From Thermotogota bacterium (GTDB lineage: Bacteria > Thermotogota > Thermotogae > Petrotogales > Kosmotogaceae), in assembly GCA_034660555.1 (NCBI GenBank), contig JAYEJL010000014.1, positions 1-23,788 of the forward strand: 23,788 bases of DNA, read 5' to 3'. The notes under the pieces were generated by a model. The model saw nothing but the letters and a program-made list of their open reading frames with translations, did not search any database and had not been told where the DNA came from. Below, in pieces: positions 8,804 through 17,227 of this stretch. Position numbers and translations under genes: made by a program. The stretch's first letter is position 1. Each line of letters starts with the position of its first letter.

Positions 8804-9837
8804 TATTCTTTACCTCCAGCATTGTATTGTGTCTTTAATTGGCCGCATGCAGCTTTTATATCTGCTCCTTTCTCGATCCGTAATTCCGCTTTCACTCCCA
8901 ATAAATTTAATCTATTCATGAATTCAGTGGTCCTTTTTTCTGAAGGCCTTTTAAGATCACTACTAACAGGATTCAGCGGAATAACATTGACATATGAACT
9001 CATTCCTTTGAGCAATTCATAAAGCTCTTGAGCATCTTCAATATAATCGTTGAAATGATTGATTAACACATATTCAAAGGTTACCCGTTTACTGGTGATT
9101 GTCTGATAATAGTATAATGATTCGAAAATATCTTCTATACCGTGTTTTTTGTTAATGGGAACTATCTTGTTACGTTTATCATTGGATGAGGCATGGAGTG
9201 AGACAGAGAGTTTTACTTCAGGCCCTTCATTTGTGAATCTGGTGATCCCTTGAGGTATTCCAACTGTGGAGATAGTAAAATGCCTTAAACCAAGATTGCG
9301 TCCGCGTTCATCGTTGTAGATTCGTATTGATTTCAAAACATTGTCTGTATTGAGAAATGGTTCTCCCATTCCCATGAAAACAATATTATCAACCATTTTT
9401 CCCATTTCTATTTCCATGTAAAGCATCTGTCCAACAATTTCTTCAATCTCCAGATTTCTAACATATCCAGATAGACCAGTCTGGCAAAATTTGCAGCCTA
9501 TTGGACAGCCAACCTGACTGGAAATGCAAAAGGTGGTGTGATTGGGGTGTCTTACAATAACAGATTCAATAAACTCCCCGTCTTGTAGCTTCCATAATAA
9601 CTTTACCGTTCCATCCCTTGATTGCTGTCTTTGAACAATACTCATCTTGGGAAAAGAAAAAATCTTTCCAAACTGATCTCTTTCTTCGAGTGATATATTG
9701 GTCATTTCGAAAAAATCCGTCACTCGTTTCAAATATATCCAGTTAAACAGCTGCTGAGCCCGATAATGTTTCAGCCCTAATTCCTTCATTAAATCCTGGA
9801 GTTCGTCAAAAGTGTAGGATAATATTTTGTAAGTCAA
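8803..9837 (-). CDS. rlmN: 23S rRNA m2A2503 / tRNA m2A37 radical SAM methyltransferase
   Basis: CISSQVGCPIGCKFC, FMGMGEP, SLH and AACGQL; TTG start with AGGAG SD. Confidence 0.96.
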   Translation of the reverse strand: MTYKILSYTFDELQDLMKELGLKHYRAQQLFNWIYLKRVTDFFEMTNISLEERDQFGKIFSFPKMSIVQRQQSRDGTVKLLWKLQDGEFIESVIVRHPNHTTFCISSQVGCPIGCKFCQTGLSGYVRNLEIEEIVGQMLYMEIEMGKMVDNIVFMGMGEPFLNTDNVLKSIRIYNDERGRNLGLRHFTISTVGIPQGITRFTNEGPEVKLSVSLHASSNDKRNKIVPINKKHGIEDIFESLYYYQTITSKRVTFEYVLINHFNDYIEDAQELYELLKGMSSYVNVIPLNPVSSDLKRPSEKRTTEFMNRLNLLGVKAELRIEKGADIKAACGQLKTQYNAGGKE

Positions 9838-9840
9838 TCA

Positions 9841-10845
9841 TTAGTCACTCCTTTTCAAATAGGAAATATAAGCGGGTCTTGGTGTTTCTGGTAAAACAAG
9901 CCAGTTTCCATAACCACCATAACGCGATTCAATATTTCTTTTTTTCAGTCTCTCTTCTAGATTAACACTTTTATAATTATTGAGCTCCTTAGCAACATCT
10001 GTATTTTCTTCCAGTGACAATGTATCGCTAAAATAAATAAAGCATTCTGGTAAGGTTTTTTCTTTTAAGTAAGATATTATTTGTTTTTTAGATTTGATGA
10101 AATCACTTTCAGTTAATGAATGCAACAGCCATGGTTTTTCATTTATCCGTCCAAGCTCAGTTGTTATAGGATTTATGATAGGAATATCAAACATTTGCTC
10201 CAGAATATATTTTAGTTCATCAACGTGTTCAGTATTTGCAGCATTTTCTGGCTTTTCTATTACAAGAAAACAGTCTGAGTAATCACTTTCACTATAAATA
10301 TATCCTTCAGAGTCCAGAATATTTTTACAATCAGGCGAAACCGCGTGCATTGGCGGATTTTGATTAAACATTAGCAACGACTCCACATAATCTATGTAAG
10401 GATGTTTTAACATATATTCATATAACCATTTTGGATGAGCATATTGTAAGTAAATAGGCAGGTTTTCAAATTCAAAACTCTTTCTGTTAACTTCCCTTAG
10501 AACAGCATTTACCAGTCCCCTGAACTTCTTCACTTGTACCAGTTCAACCATTTCACTTACCGCAGCGTATCCGGGAACAGTATCCATAAACAACAGCTGT
10601 GTTACCCCTACCCTGAGTACATTCCTGATAAATTTTGGAATATTTTCCGGCCAGTTTAGGAGTTCAGACAGTACTTTATCAATAAGGAGACGCTTTCTGA
10701 GCGTCTCCATAATTAAAAAAGTACAGAATTTTTTATTTTCAGAACTGAGTGTTTTTAAAGCAAGTTCGATCTTTTTTGTTGGAAATTTTCCATTTTTTTC
10801 AACATAGGTTAAACTTTCAACTGCAAGTGTTCTTGGATCAGTCAC
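9841..10845 (-). CDS. RsmB/Sun-like protein: NusB-like N-terminal domain plus degenerate m5C methyltransferase domain
   Basis: NusB-like RNVLRVGVTQLLFMDTVPGYAAVSEMVEL and GLVNAVLR, then RsmB linker YAHPKWL and NQNPP. It sits at the usual rsmB position between the yugP-like gene and rlmN. It is 334 aa and the canonical MTase motifs are missing or altered. Confidence 0.8.
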   Translation of the reverse strand: MTDPRTLAVESLTYVEKNGKFPTKKIELALKTLSSENKKFCTFLIMETLRKRLLIDKVLSELLNWPENIPKFIRNVLRVGVTQLLFMDTVPGYAAVSEMVELVQVKKFRGLVNAVLREVNRKSFEFENLPIYLQYAHPKWLYEYMLKHPYIDYVESLLMFNQNPPMHAVSPDCKNILDSEGYIYSESDYSDCFLVIEKPENAANTEHVDELKYILEQMFDIPIINPITTELGRINEKPWLLHSLTESDFIKSKKQIISYLKEKTLPECFIYFSDTLSLEENTDVAKELNNYKSVNLEERLKKRNIESRYGGYGNWLVLPETPRPAYISYLKRSD

Positions 10846-11525
10846 GAATCGCCACCAATGAAGCCAGACAGAAATATCATTCTCATCAGTTGTAAAGCTG
10901 CCATAAGTGTCGATGCTACATAGGTCAATGCTGCTGCTGAAAGAACATTGTTAACCGCTACTACCTCTTTTTTTGGCATTCCCAACCTGGTGAGCATCCT
11001 TTTTGCAAGATTGCTTGCATTGTATTCTACCGGTAGTGTTATCAGAGTAAAAAGAACTACCAAAGAGAACAGAATGATACCAAGTCTAACCAGAATGGGT
11101 GACCAGAAAAGAAAACCAATAATAAATATGATCCAGCTGAGTCCTGAGCCTATGTTCGCTACAGGAGCGAATGCATTTCTTATAACAAGTGGAGTGTAAT
11201 TTTTCTTATCCTGAATTACATGTCCGATTTCATGGGCAACTACTCCAAGAGCAGCGACTGATAAATTATTTCTCGTTGATTCAGAGAGTCTAACTACCTT
11301 TTTTTTGGGATCGTAATGATCCGTAAGTTTTCCTTTTATGTTTTCTATTTTAATGTTGTAAAGCCCAGCACTGTCAAGAAGATGCCTTGCAAGCTCACTT
11401 CCAGTCATACCAAAAGATGACTTGACCTTTGAGTATCTTGAAAAGCTGCTATTCACTTTGTTTTGCGCCCATATTGCGAGAATTATGGCTGGAATTAGTA
11501 AAACAAATGTCGGATCTAGGAACAT
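10842..11525 (-). CDS. YugP-like neutral zinc metallopeptidase (Zn_peptidase_2), membrane-bound
   Basis: GKLTDHYDP, AHEIGH (HExxH), TLPVEYNAS and AAALTYVA. Start ATG 11525 has GGAGG at 11540-11536; the ORF-track start at 11546 abuts the -10 box. Confidence 0.9.
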   Translation of the reverse strand: MFLDPTFVLLIPAIILAIWAQNKVNSSFSRYSKVKSSFGMTGSELARHLLDSAGLYNIKIENIKGKLTDHYDPKKKVVRLSESTRNNLSVAALGVVAHEIGHVIQDKKNYTPLVIRNAFAPVANIGSGLSWIIFIIGFLFWSPILVRLGIILFSLVVLFTLITLPVEYNASNLAKRMLTRLGMPKKEVVAVNNVLSAAALTYVASTLMAALQLMRMIFLSGFIGGDS

Positions 11526-11546
11526 CTTATAGCCACCTCCATTCAA

Positions 11547-11555
11547 ATTATATCA
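11547..11555 (-). promoter_or_regulatory. Extended -10 promoter for the yugP-rsmB-like-rlmN-rsgA-rpe-rdgB operon
   Basis: The minus strand reads TGATATAAT (consensus TGn-TATAAT), 6 nt upstream of the SD. Confidence 0.65.
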
Positions 11556-11709
11556 TTAAATTAGACTGGATTTCTTATTGAAAGTTCGTTATAAAGCAGT
11601 ATGTAAAGATAGGTTAACATAAGATTTGATATCAACCATTTGATATTGTTTGATTTTTTTCATTAATGAGCAGATTATTCATAATATAATGTATTTGAGG
11701 TGATGCTAT

Positions 11710-12075
11710 GTGTTTTATGTGACCAAAGAGTTTACCTTTGATGCAGCACATAAGCTTGTATCCTATCATGGTAAATGCGAGAACCTGCATGGGCATACGT
11801 ATAAGCTCAGGGTAACTGTTCGGGGAATTCCTGATAATGAGGGCATGGTAATGGATTTTATTGAATTGAAAAAGCTGGTGAATAATGAGGTGCTGGATAA
11901 ACTGGACCATTCATATATCAATGAATACATAGAACAACCAAGCGCTGAAAATATATCAAAATGGATATATGACAGGCTCAAACCTTTAATTGACAGCGAA
12001 AAAAGAGAATTACATGAAATAATACTCTGGGAAACACCTACAAACTTTGTATGTTATAAAGGAGAGAAAAATTGA
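11710..12075 (+). CDS. queD: 6-carboxytetrahydropterin synthase (PTPS/QueD)
   Basis: KEFTFDAAH, CENLHGHTY, GMVMDF, LDH, PSAEN and WET; GTG start with GAGGTG SD; TATAAT at 11685-11690. Confidence 0.92.
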   Translation: MFYVTKEFTFDAAHKLVSYHGKCENLHGHTYKLRVTVRGIPDNEGMVMDFIELKKLVNNEVLDKLDHSYINEYIEQPSAENISKWIYDRLKPLIDSEKRELHEIILWETPTNFVCYKGEKN

Positions 12076-12848
12076 AAATAACCATCGGTCGTTATATTGC
12101 AAAGAGCTCTCCCATACACAATATGGATGGACAATCCAAACTAATAGGCTTCTTAGCTCTTGCAATACTATCGTTCTTATGTACTTCATTATTCGATTTT
12201 CTAATCTTGTACATTTATTTCTTCATTATCGCTTACTTGACAAACATCAAACTAACAATATTCCTAAAAAGCATAAAGACAATTTGGATCCTTATAGTAA
12301 TGATTTTCATCTTCAACAGCTTTTTCACATCAGGCTATGTATTAATTAAAATCGGTACTGCGATTATTACCAGGGAAGGCTTAATAAATTCAGTTATATA
12401 TTCTCTTAGATTGATAGCAGCAATATTTTTCAGCGCCGCTTTATCATATACAACCAAACCTCTGGAAATTGCAGATTCAGTAGAGAGTTTAATGAACAGA
12501 ATCAGATTTCCCTCACATATAGCCCGACAAACAGGTCTGGTACTTTCAATCGCTTTAAGATTCATATCTATATTGTCTGAGGAATCAAAACAGATCGTTC
12601 TTTCACAAAAGGCTCGTGGTGGATTTAGATCAGAAAAATTTTTGAGAAAACTTTATGACTTGACAACAGTAATCATTCCGTTAATTGTACTTTCATTGAG
12701 AAAAGCTGAAGAGCTGGCTATTGCAATGGAAGTAAGAGGTTACAATCCCAATAAACCTGTTAGCAGACGCACAATAAATGCTAATTTTAGTGGTGGAATA
12801 TTTTTGATAATGAACGTTTTAATTTATTTCACTATTCTTCTTAATTAA
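12072..12848 (+). CDS. ecfT: ECF transporter transmembrane T component (EcfT/CbiQ)
   Basis: GRYIAKSSPIHNMD, TTKPLEIAD, SIALRFI and the two conserved coupling motifs (QKARG, AMEVRGY). TTG start overlaps the queD stop. Confidence 0.92.
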   Translation: MKITIGRYIAKSSPIHNMDGQSKLIGFLALAILSFLCTSLFDFLILYIYFFIIAYLTNIKLTIFLKSIKTIWILIVMIFIFNSFFTSGYVLIKIGTAIITREGLINSVIYSLRLIAAIFFSAALSYTTKPLEIADSVESLMNRIRFPSHIARQTGLVLSIALRFISILSEESKQIVLSQKARGGFRSEKFLRKLYDLTTVIIPLIVLSLRKAEELAIAMEVRGYNPNKPVSRRTINANFSGGIFLIMNVLIYFTILLN

Positions 12849-14138
12849 TCAGCCAATATAACCCAGTAGTTCTTCAAGTCTTGATGGTGAAATTCTTGCG
12901 ACTGACTTCGCGCAGGATAGTCTAAGAGCTGCATCGGCAAACTGGTCAAGTAGTATTTTCTCCAGTGCAGGTAGTGATTCGCCAATTCTTAAAAATCCTG
13001 CAACTGACACAGCAAGTTTTTGAACCGGTAGAGATTCTTTTCTGTTATTAATTATTCCAGTAATATCTTCAGCGGTATCGGTTAGCTTCAGTTTTCTGGT
13101 AGCTTTTAATGCAGCTTTTTTTAATTTTGATGACGTGGAATTGAGGGCAAACTTTATTTCATGCTCAAGCGTATAATCCATCATACTGCCAAGAGTTTCA
13201 ATTATTGTTGCCCTAACTCTATCCGATGGATCATCAATGTTTCCCCTTAAAATTTCAACAGTTGATGGTTCTTTCAATTTCTTGAATATCTTGGCAGCAA
13301 GATATCGTTTTTCTTCGTCATTTTCCTCCATCAGGGTCTCCGCAAGTGGCAATAATTCAGATCCAAAATCGAAGGATTTCATGTATGTTTTTATGGCGGT
13401 TAGCATTACAACCGGATCATCATTTTTCATGAGTTTCTCAAGTCCACGTCTTGCAGTCTCTTCCGGGTAGGTCCCAATGAATTCCACCAAAAGTGTTTTA
13501 AAACCGGGAAATCTTGAACTATTAACTAATTTTATGACTTCGTTACATGAGTCATCGTCTTTATTTTTGAAATGATCTTCCAGTAAAAGCCTCTGTACTG
13601 TTTTGGGTAAATCAGAAACGATACTCTCATCCAGTTCTAATTCTCCTTTGTAAGCTCTGTAAATATTACGTATCTCAATGCTGGGATCAGATGTAAGAAA
13701 CATGATTTCGTCTGGATCAATTCCATTTTTTATCAAAGAAAGCAAAAATGCCTTGCGAACTTTTTTTGAGGGATCTTCGAAAATCCTCTCCAGCTCTGAT
13801 TCTTCTACCTGATCGCTTTCTGCGTAAGCCTTGGCAGCAGCTGCTCTCACTGTTTCGACAGGATCTTTAAGTGCTATTTCAGCCAGCTCTGTTGTGTTGG
13901 CAGTCTCAACCAACAACTTTACGAAGGCTTTTCTAACTTCAGGAGAAGGTTCTTCAAAGAATTCATCCCAGTCTATTTCATTTATCAATAATCCAGATGA
14001 AGCAATTTCTCTTAGCGCACGTGAACGTACTGCTGATGATCTGGAATTAATCATTTCCTTCAATATTAGTTCTTTTCTTCCGATTATCTCATCTTCGAGG
14101 GAATTAATTATCTGCCTTACGTTTGCCACTATTTTCAC
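12849..14138 (-). CDS. HEAT/PBS-lyase-repeat protein
   Basis: Repeated D/E-P-S-x-x-V-R-x-A units (EPSPEVRKA, DPVETVRAAA, DPSKKVRKA, DPSIEIR, DPSDRVRAT). Alternative start GTG 14129 has a better GGAG spacing. Confidence 0.85.
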   Translation of the reverse strand: MKIVANVRQIINSLEDEIIGRKELILKEMINSRSSAVRSRALREIASSGLLINEIDWDEFFEEPSPEVRKAFVKLLVETANTTELAEIALKDPVETVRAAAAKAYAESDQVEESELERIFEDPSKKVRKAFLLSLIKNGIDPDEIMFLTSDPSIEIRNIYRAYKGELELDESIVSDLPKTVQRLLLEDHFKNKDDDSCNEVIKLVNSSRFPGFKTLLVEFIGTYPEETARRGLEKLMKNDDPVVMLTAIKTYMKSFDFGSELLPLAETLMEENDEEKRYLAAKIFKKLKEPSTVEILRGNIDDPSDRVRATIIETLGSMMDYTLEHEIKFALNSTSSKLKKAALKATRKLKLTDTAEDITGIINNRKESLPVQKLAVSVAGFLRIGESLPALEKILLDQFADAALRLSCAKSVARISPSRLEELLGYIG

Positions 14139-14571
14139 TCCAATCTATTCTAATAGATCTAATAAAGCCATCAATTACAAAAGTAACGATATTATCTTCA
14201 TAACTAAAGGAAGCACTTTTATCGAACGTAAGAATTATATTGATGCCCTGTCTGCTGTTTGGTTCTTTTGCTATTCTTCTTATTGTATTATTTCGTATTT
14301 CATACGCTATCCAGGAATTGCCTTTATCATGGGATGTGTCATACGAAAAATGATCGTTTTTGATCTGTCCTCTCACATGTGAAAATCTGTTCATGTCACG
14401 CTCAAAGAGATCAAACGCCCTGTTGATAGCAAGAATATTTTGAGTTGAATCGCAGAATTGTATGTTTCCAATTGTAAACTTTCCAAATAAATCCATCAAT
14501 CCAACGATGATGATGGAAGTAACAGCAAGACCAGCCAGTACTTCTATGAGAGTAAAACCCTTACTTTTCAT
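14104..14571 (-). CDS. Type IV pilin-like / pseudopilin protein with prepilin cleavage-methylation motif
   Basis: MKSKG|FTLIEVLAGLAVTSIIIVG is a class III signal peptide (G-1, F+1, E+5, hydrophobic helix). AFDLFERDM resembles GspJ/PilW/ComGF-like minor pilins. ATG 14571 overlaps the end of gltX. Confidence 0.85.
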   Translation of the reverse strand: MKSKGFTLIEVLAGLAVTSIIIVGLMDLFGKFTIGNIQFCDSTQNILAINRAFDLFERDMNRFSHVRGQIKNDHFSYDTSHDKGNSWIAYEIRNNTIRRIAKEPNSRQGINIILTFDKSASFSYEDNIVTFVIDGFIRSIRIDWSENSGKRKADN

Positions 14572-15985
14572 CTTCCTGTAGTTGTTCAGCCATATCAAGT
14601 GTGTTATTTAATCTATCAAGTACCCTTGTTTTTCCCAGAACTGACAGTGTTTCAAATAAACCGGATGTCACAAGGCGGCCGGTTACCGCACCTCTAATAC
14701 TCTGGAATGTGTTTTTCTTTGATGTAATTCTTTCTTCAGCAAGGTCCCTTACTACCTTTTCCGTACCCTTTATGGACCAATCATTGTTATTATCAAATCG
14801 TTCGATAGCTCTTTCCAGAAGTGGAATGATCCATTCTTTTTTAAGGAATTTTTCTACAAATTTATCTTCAAAATCCAGTTCATTGGTAAAGAAAGATGAT
14901 GAAAACTCGTACAGTTGCATTAATGTATTGACTTTTGGTTTGCAAATATCTATTACATTTTTTGCATAAGACTGATCATCTGTCATTTTATTGTACATGT
15001 CTGTGTTACCTATGAATTTTAACCAGTTTCCATATTCAATCAATAAATCACTTATTTTCATTTCTCTTAACTGTTTCCCATTGACCCATTCAAGTTTTTC
15101 ATAATCAAAAATAACAGGTTTGTTTGAAATGGAATTAAGTGAAAATTCATTAATCTTGTCTTTGAAATCGAAAATCTCTTCATCCACTGTCCATCCAAGC
15201 AAGGCCAGATAGTTCATAAGACCTTTGTTAAGGTAACCTTCTTTTCTGAAAAATTCGACACTTGTGTGGCCATGTCTTTTAGAAAGAGGAGATCTATCAT
15301 GTCCAAGTATTAGCGGTATGTGCATAAATTCAGGTGGATCCCATCCAAGAAGATCGTATATCATTAGCTGTCTTGGAGTGTTTGATAAATGATCCTCTCC
15401 GCGGATAACATGAGTTATTTCCATTAAATGATCATCTATTACAACAGCAAAATTGTATGTTGGTAAGCCATTCGATTTCATGATAACGAAATCATTGAAT
15501 GTATCTTTTCGGAAAGACATTTCACCTTTCAGAAGATCGTTAAATACTATCTCGCCAGATTTGTTGCACTTCAAATTGATAGTATAATTGTTATCATTGT
15601 AATTATCATCAGTAATCGAAGAAGTTTTTTTAACAATCTTGCTTTTATCGTTAGGATCATAAATTGCATAGTAAGCATAACCTTCGTCGATTAGTTTCTC
15701 TGCATAGTGAAGATAGATGCCCTTTTCATTTCTTTCGCTTTGTCTGTAAAATGTATTCATGCCTTTAATATCTGGACCTTCATCCCAATCAAGGCCACAC
15801 CATCTTAGCGACATTAAAATTTGTTCCTCAAAAGCTCCTGTTGAACGTTCTATATCAGTATCTTCGATTCTCAGTATAAACTTTCCACTGTTACTTCTTG
15901 CATATAGCCAGTTAAATAAAGCGGTTCTCACACCACCCACATGAAGGTGACCGGTCGGACTCGGAGCAAATCTGCATCTAATCAT
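14561..15985 (-). CDS. gltX: Glutamyl-tRNA synthetase
   Basis: RFAPSPTGHLHVGG (HIGH), LRIEDTD, RQSER, HVIRGEDHLSNT and LSKRHG (KMSKS-like). Confidence 0.97.
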   Translation of the reverse strand: MIRCRFAPSPTGHLHVGGVRTALFNWLYARSNSGKFILRIEDTDIERSTGAFEEQILMSLRWCGLDWDEGPDIKGMNTFYRQSERNEKGIYLHYAEKLIDEGYAYYAIYDPNDKSKIVKKTSSITDDNYNDNNYTINLKCNKSGEIVFNDLLKGEMSFRKDTFNDFVIMKSNGLPTYNFAVVIDDHLMEITHVIRGEDHLSNTPRQLMIYDLLGWDPPEFMHIPLILGHDRSPLSKRHGHTSVEFFRKEGYLNKGLMNYLALLGWTVDEEIFDFKDKINEFSLNSISNKPVIFDYEKLEWVNGKQLREMKISDLLIEYGNWLKFIGNTDMYNKMTDDQSYAKNVIDICKPKVNTLMQLYEFSSSFFTNELDFEDKFVEKFLKKEWIIPLLERAIERFDNNNDWSIKGTEKVVRDLAEERITSKKNTFQSIRGAVTGRLVTSGLFETLSVLGKTRVLDRLNNTLDMAEQLQEDEK

Positions 15986-16001
15986 GCTCTTATCTCCTTT
16001 C

Positions 16002-16505
16002 TCAGGTCAATAAATTTTCCAGTTCATTATAAGAATTTACCTGCTTCAAAGGTGCAATTTTTCTATTGTCAAGATACTTACCTTCAATCAACATAGATGA
16101 AATCCTATCAGTCCATCCACCTGTTCCGCGCATTAGTATAACAGTTTTTCCACAGGCATAGGCTGATACAATTTCGTATAATGTACCGATTTCACCGCCG
16201 ATTGAAATAACATAATCACATGACCGAACAATGAGTAATGAACGTGTAAGATAATCCATTCCAGTTAATATGTTAAGTGAGTTATATTTGTTGCCTTTTT
16301 CTTCAAAGGGTAGTATTCCAATCACATTACCATTTACGAAATGCGCCCCTCTGGCTACGAGCTCCATGACGCCGTCTCTACCGCCTGTGAATACTGTATG
16401 ATTTAGTTGGGCAAGCTTTTTACCAACAGAAACACACAATTCGGAAATTTCAGTTACCGGTGGTGTATTAATATCGCCAGAGTAACCAATAACCGCTATA
16501 TTCAC
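16002..16505 (-). CDS. LOG/SLOG-family protein (TIGR00725 type)
   Basis: IAVIG, TGGRDGVMELVARGA, IGILP, TGM...RS and GGEIGTLYEI. Confidence 0.88.
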   Translation of the reverse strand: MNIAVIGYSGDINTPPVTEISELCVSVGKKLAQLNHTVFTGGRDGVMELVARGAHFVNGNVIGILPFEEKGNKYNSLNILTGMDYLTRSLLIVRSCDYVISIGGEIGTLYEIVSAYACGKTVILMRGTGGWTDRISSMLIEGKYLDNRKIAPLKQVNSYNELENLLT

Positions 16506-17227
16506 GTTGTTTCTTCCTTTCCAAGATAATTGTCAATAACTGCAGGCTCAGCTAATACCGTTTGTGGATCACCACTGGAAATAACCTCACCTTTGAAAAG
16601 TATATAAAGAGAATCAACGACTTTGGATATGCTTGTTACATCATGATCGGTTACTATTACACCAATCCCCCGTTTTTTAAGATTGATGATCATCTTCTGA
16701 ATATCTTTTAAAGTGATGGGATCAATACCGACAAATGGTTCATCAAGCAGTATAAATCTCGGTGACAAAGCCAGTGTCCTTGCAAATTCCAGTCTTCTCT
16801 GTTCACCACCTGAAATTACATCTGCCATTTGATTTCTCAGATGTAAAATCCCAAAATCCTCAAGAAGTTCATTAGCTTTTTCAATAATGTGATCTGATTT
16901 TCTGGTTAGTTTAAGGATCATAATCAAATTATCTATTACACTCAACCCTCTGAAAATAGATGTCTCCTGGGGTAGATATGCAATCCCCTTCTTTGCTCTT
17001 TCGTGAACTGGAAGATGAGTTATTGGTTCTTCGCCAATATAGACCTCACCGTTATCAGGTATTACTATACCAAGTATAGACTTAAAGGCGGTTGTTTTTC
17101 CCGCCCCATTGGGGCCAAGAATTCCAACCACCTCACCTTTTTGTGCGCTAATCGTAACCTGCTTTAAGACCTTTCTTCTTCCAAAACTTTTATCAATGGA
17201 AACACATTCAAGTGTTTCAGTCTTCAC
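16502..17227 (-). CDS. lptB: LptB-family ABC ATPase
   Basis: GPNGAGKTT, LptB-like Q-loop YLPQETSIFR, signature SGGEQRRLE, LLDEPFVGIDP, TDH and C-terminal YLG. Confidence 0.88.
   Translation of the reverse strand: MKTETLECVSIDKSFGRRKVLKQVTISAQKGEVVGILGPNGAGKTTAFKSILGIVIPDNGEVYIGEEPITHLPVHERAKKGIAYLPQETSIFRGLSVIDNLIMILKLTRKSDHIIEKANELLEDFGILHLRNQMADVISGGEQRRLEFARTLALSPRFILLDEPFVGIDPITLKDIQKMIINLKKRGIGVIVTDHDVTSISKVVDSLYILFKGEVISSGDPQTVLAEPAVIDNYLGKEETT

Noticed and set aside
11556..11709. PreQ1 riboswitch upstream of queD
   Set aside because: No P1 stem with a GTTC-type loop followed by an A-rich tail was seen, and the likely -10 at 11685-11690 leaves only a very short leader. An Infernal/Rfam scan would settle it.
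11632..11910. 92-aa minus-strand ORF across queD
   Set aside because: Antisense to queD and runs through the promoter region; no motifs.
13831..14382. 183-aa plus-strand ORF and the other short antisense ORFs in the track (e.g. 8618-9022, 14601-14969, 18525-18944, 23083-23427)
   Set aside because: All lie opposite well-supported genes and show Ser/Phe-rich shadow composition without recognisable motifs.
16002..16505. SLOG protein as part of an anti-phage defence system
   Set aside because: It is a stand-alone TIGR00725-type gene coupled within a housekeeping operon, with no TIR, SIR2 or effector partner.
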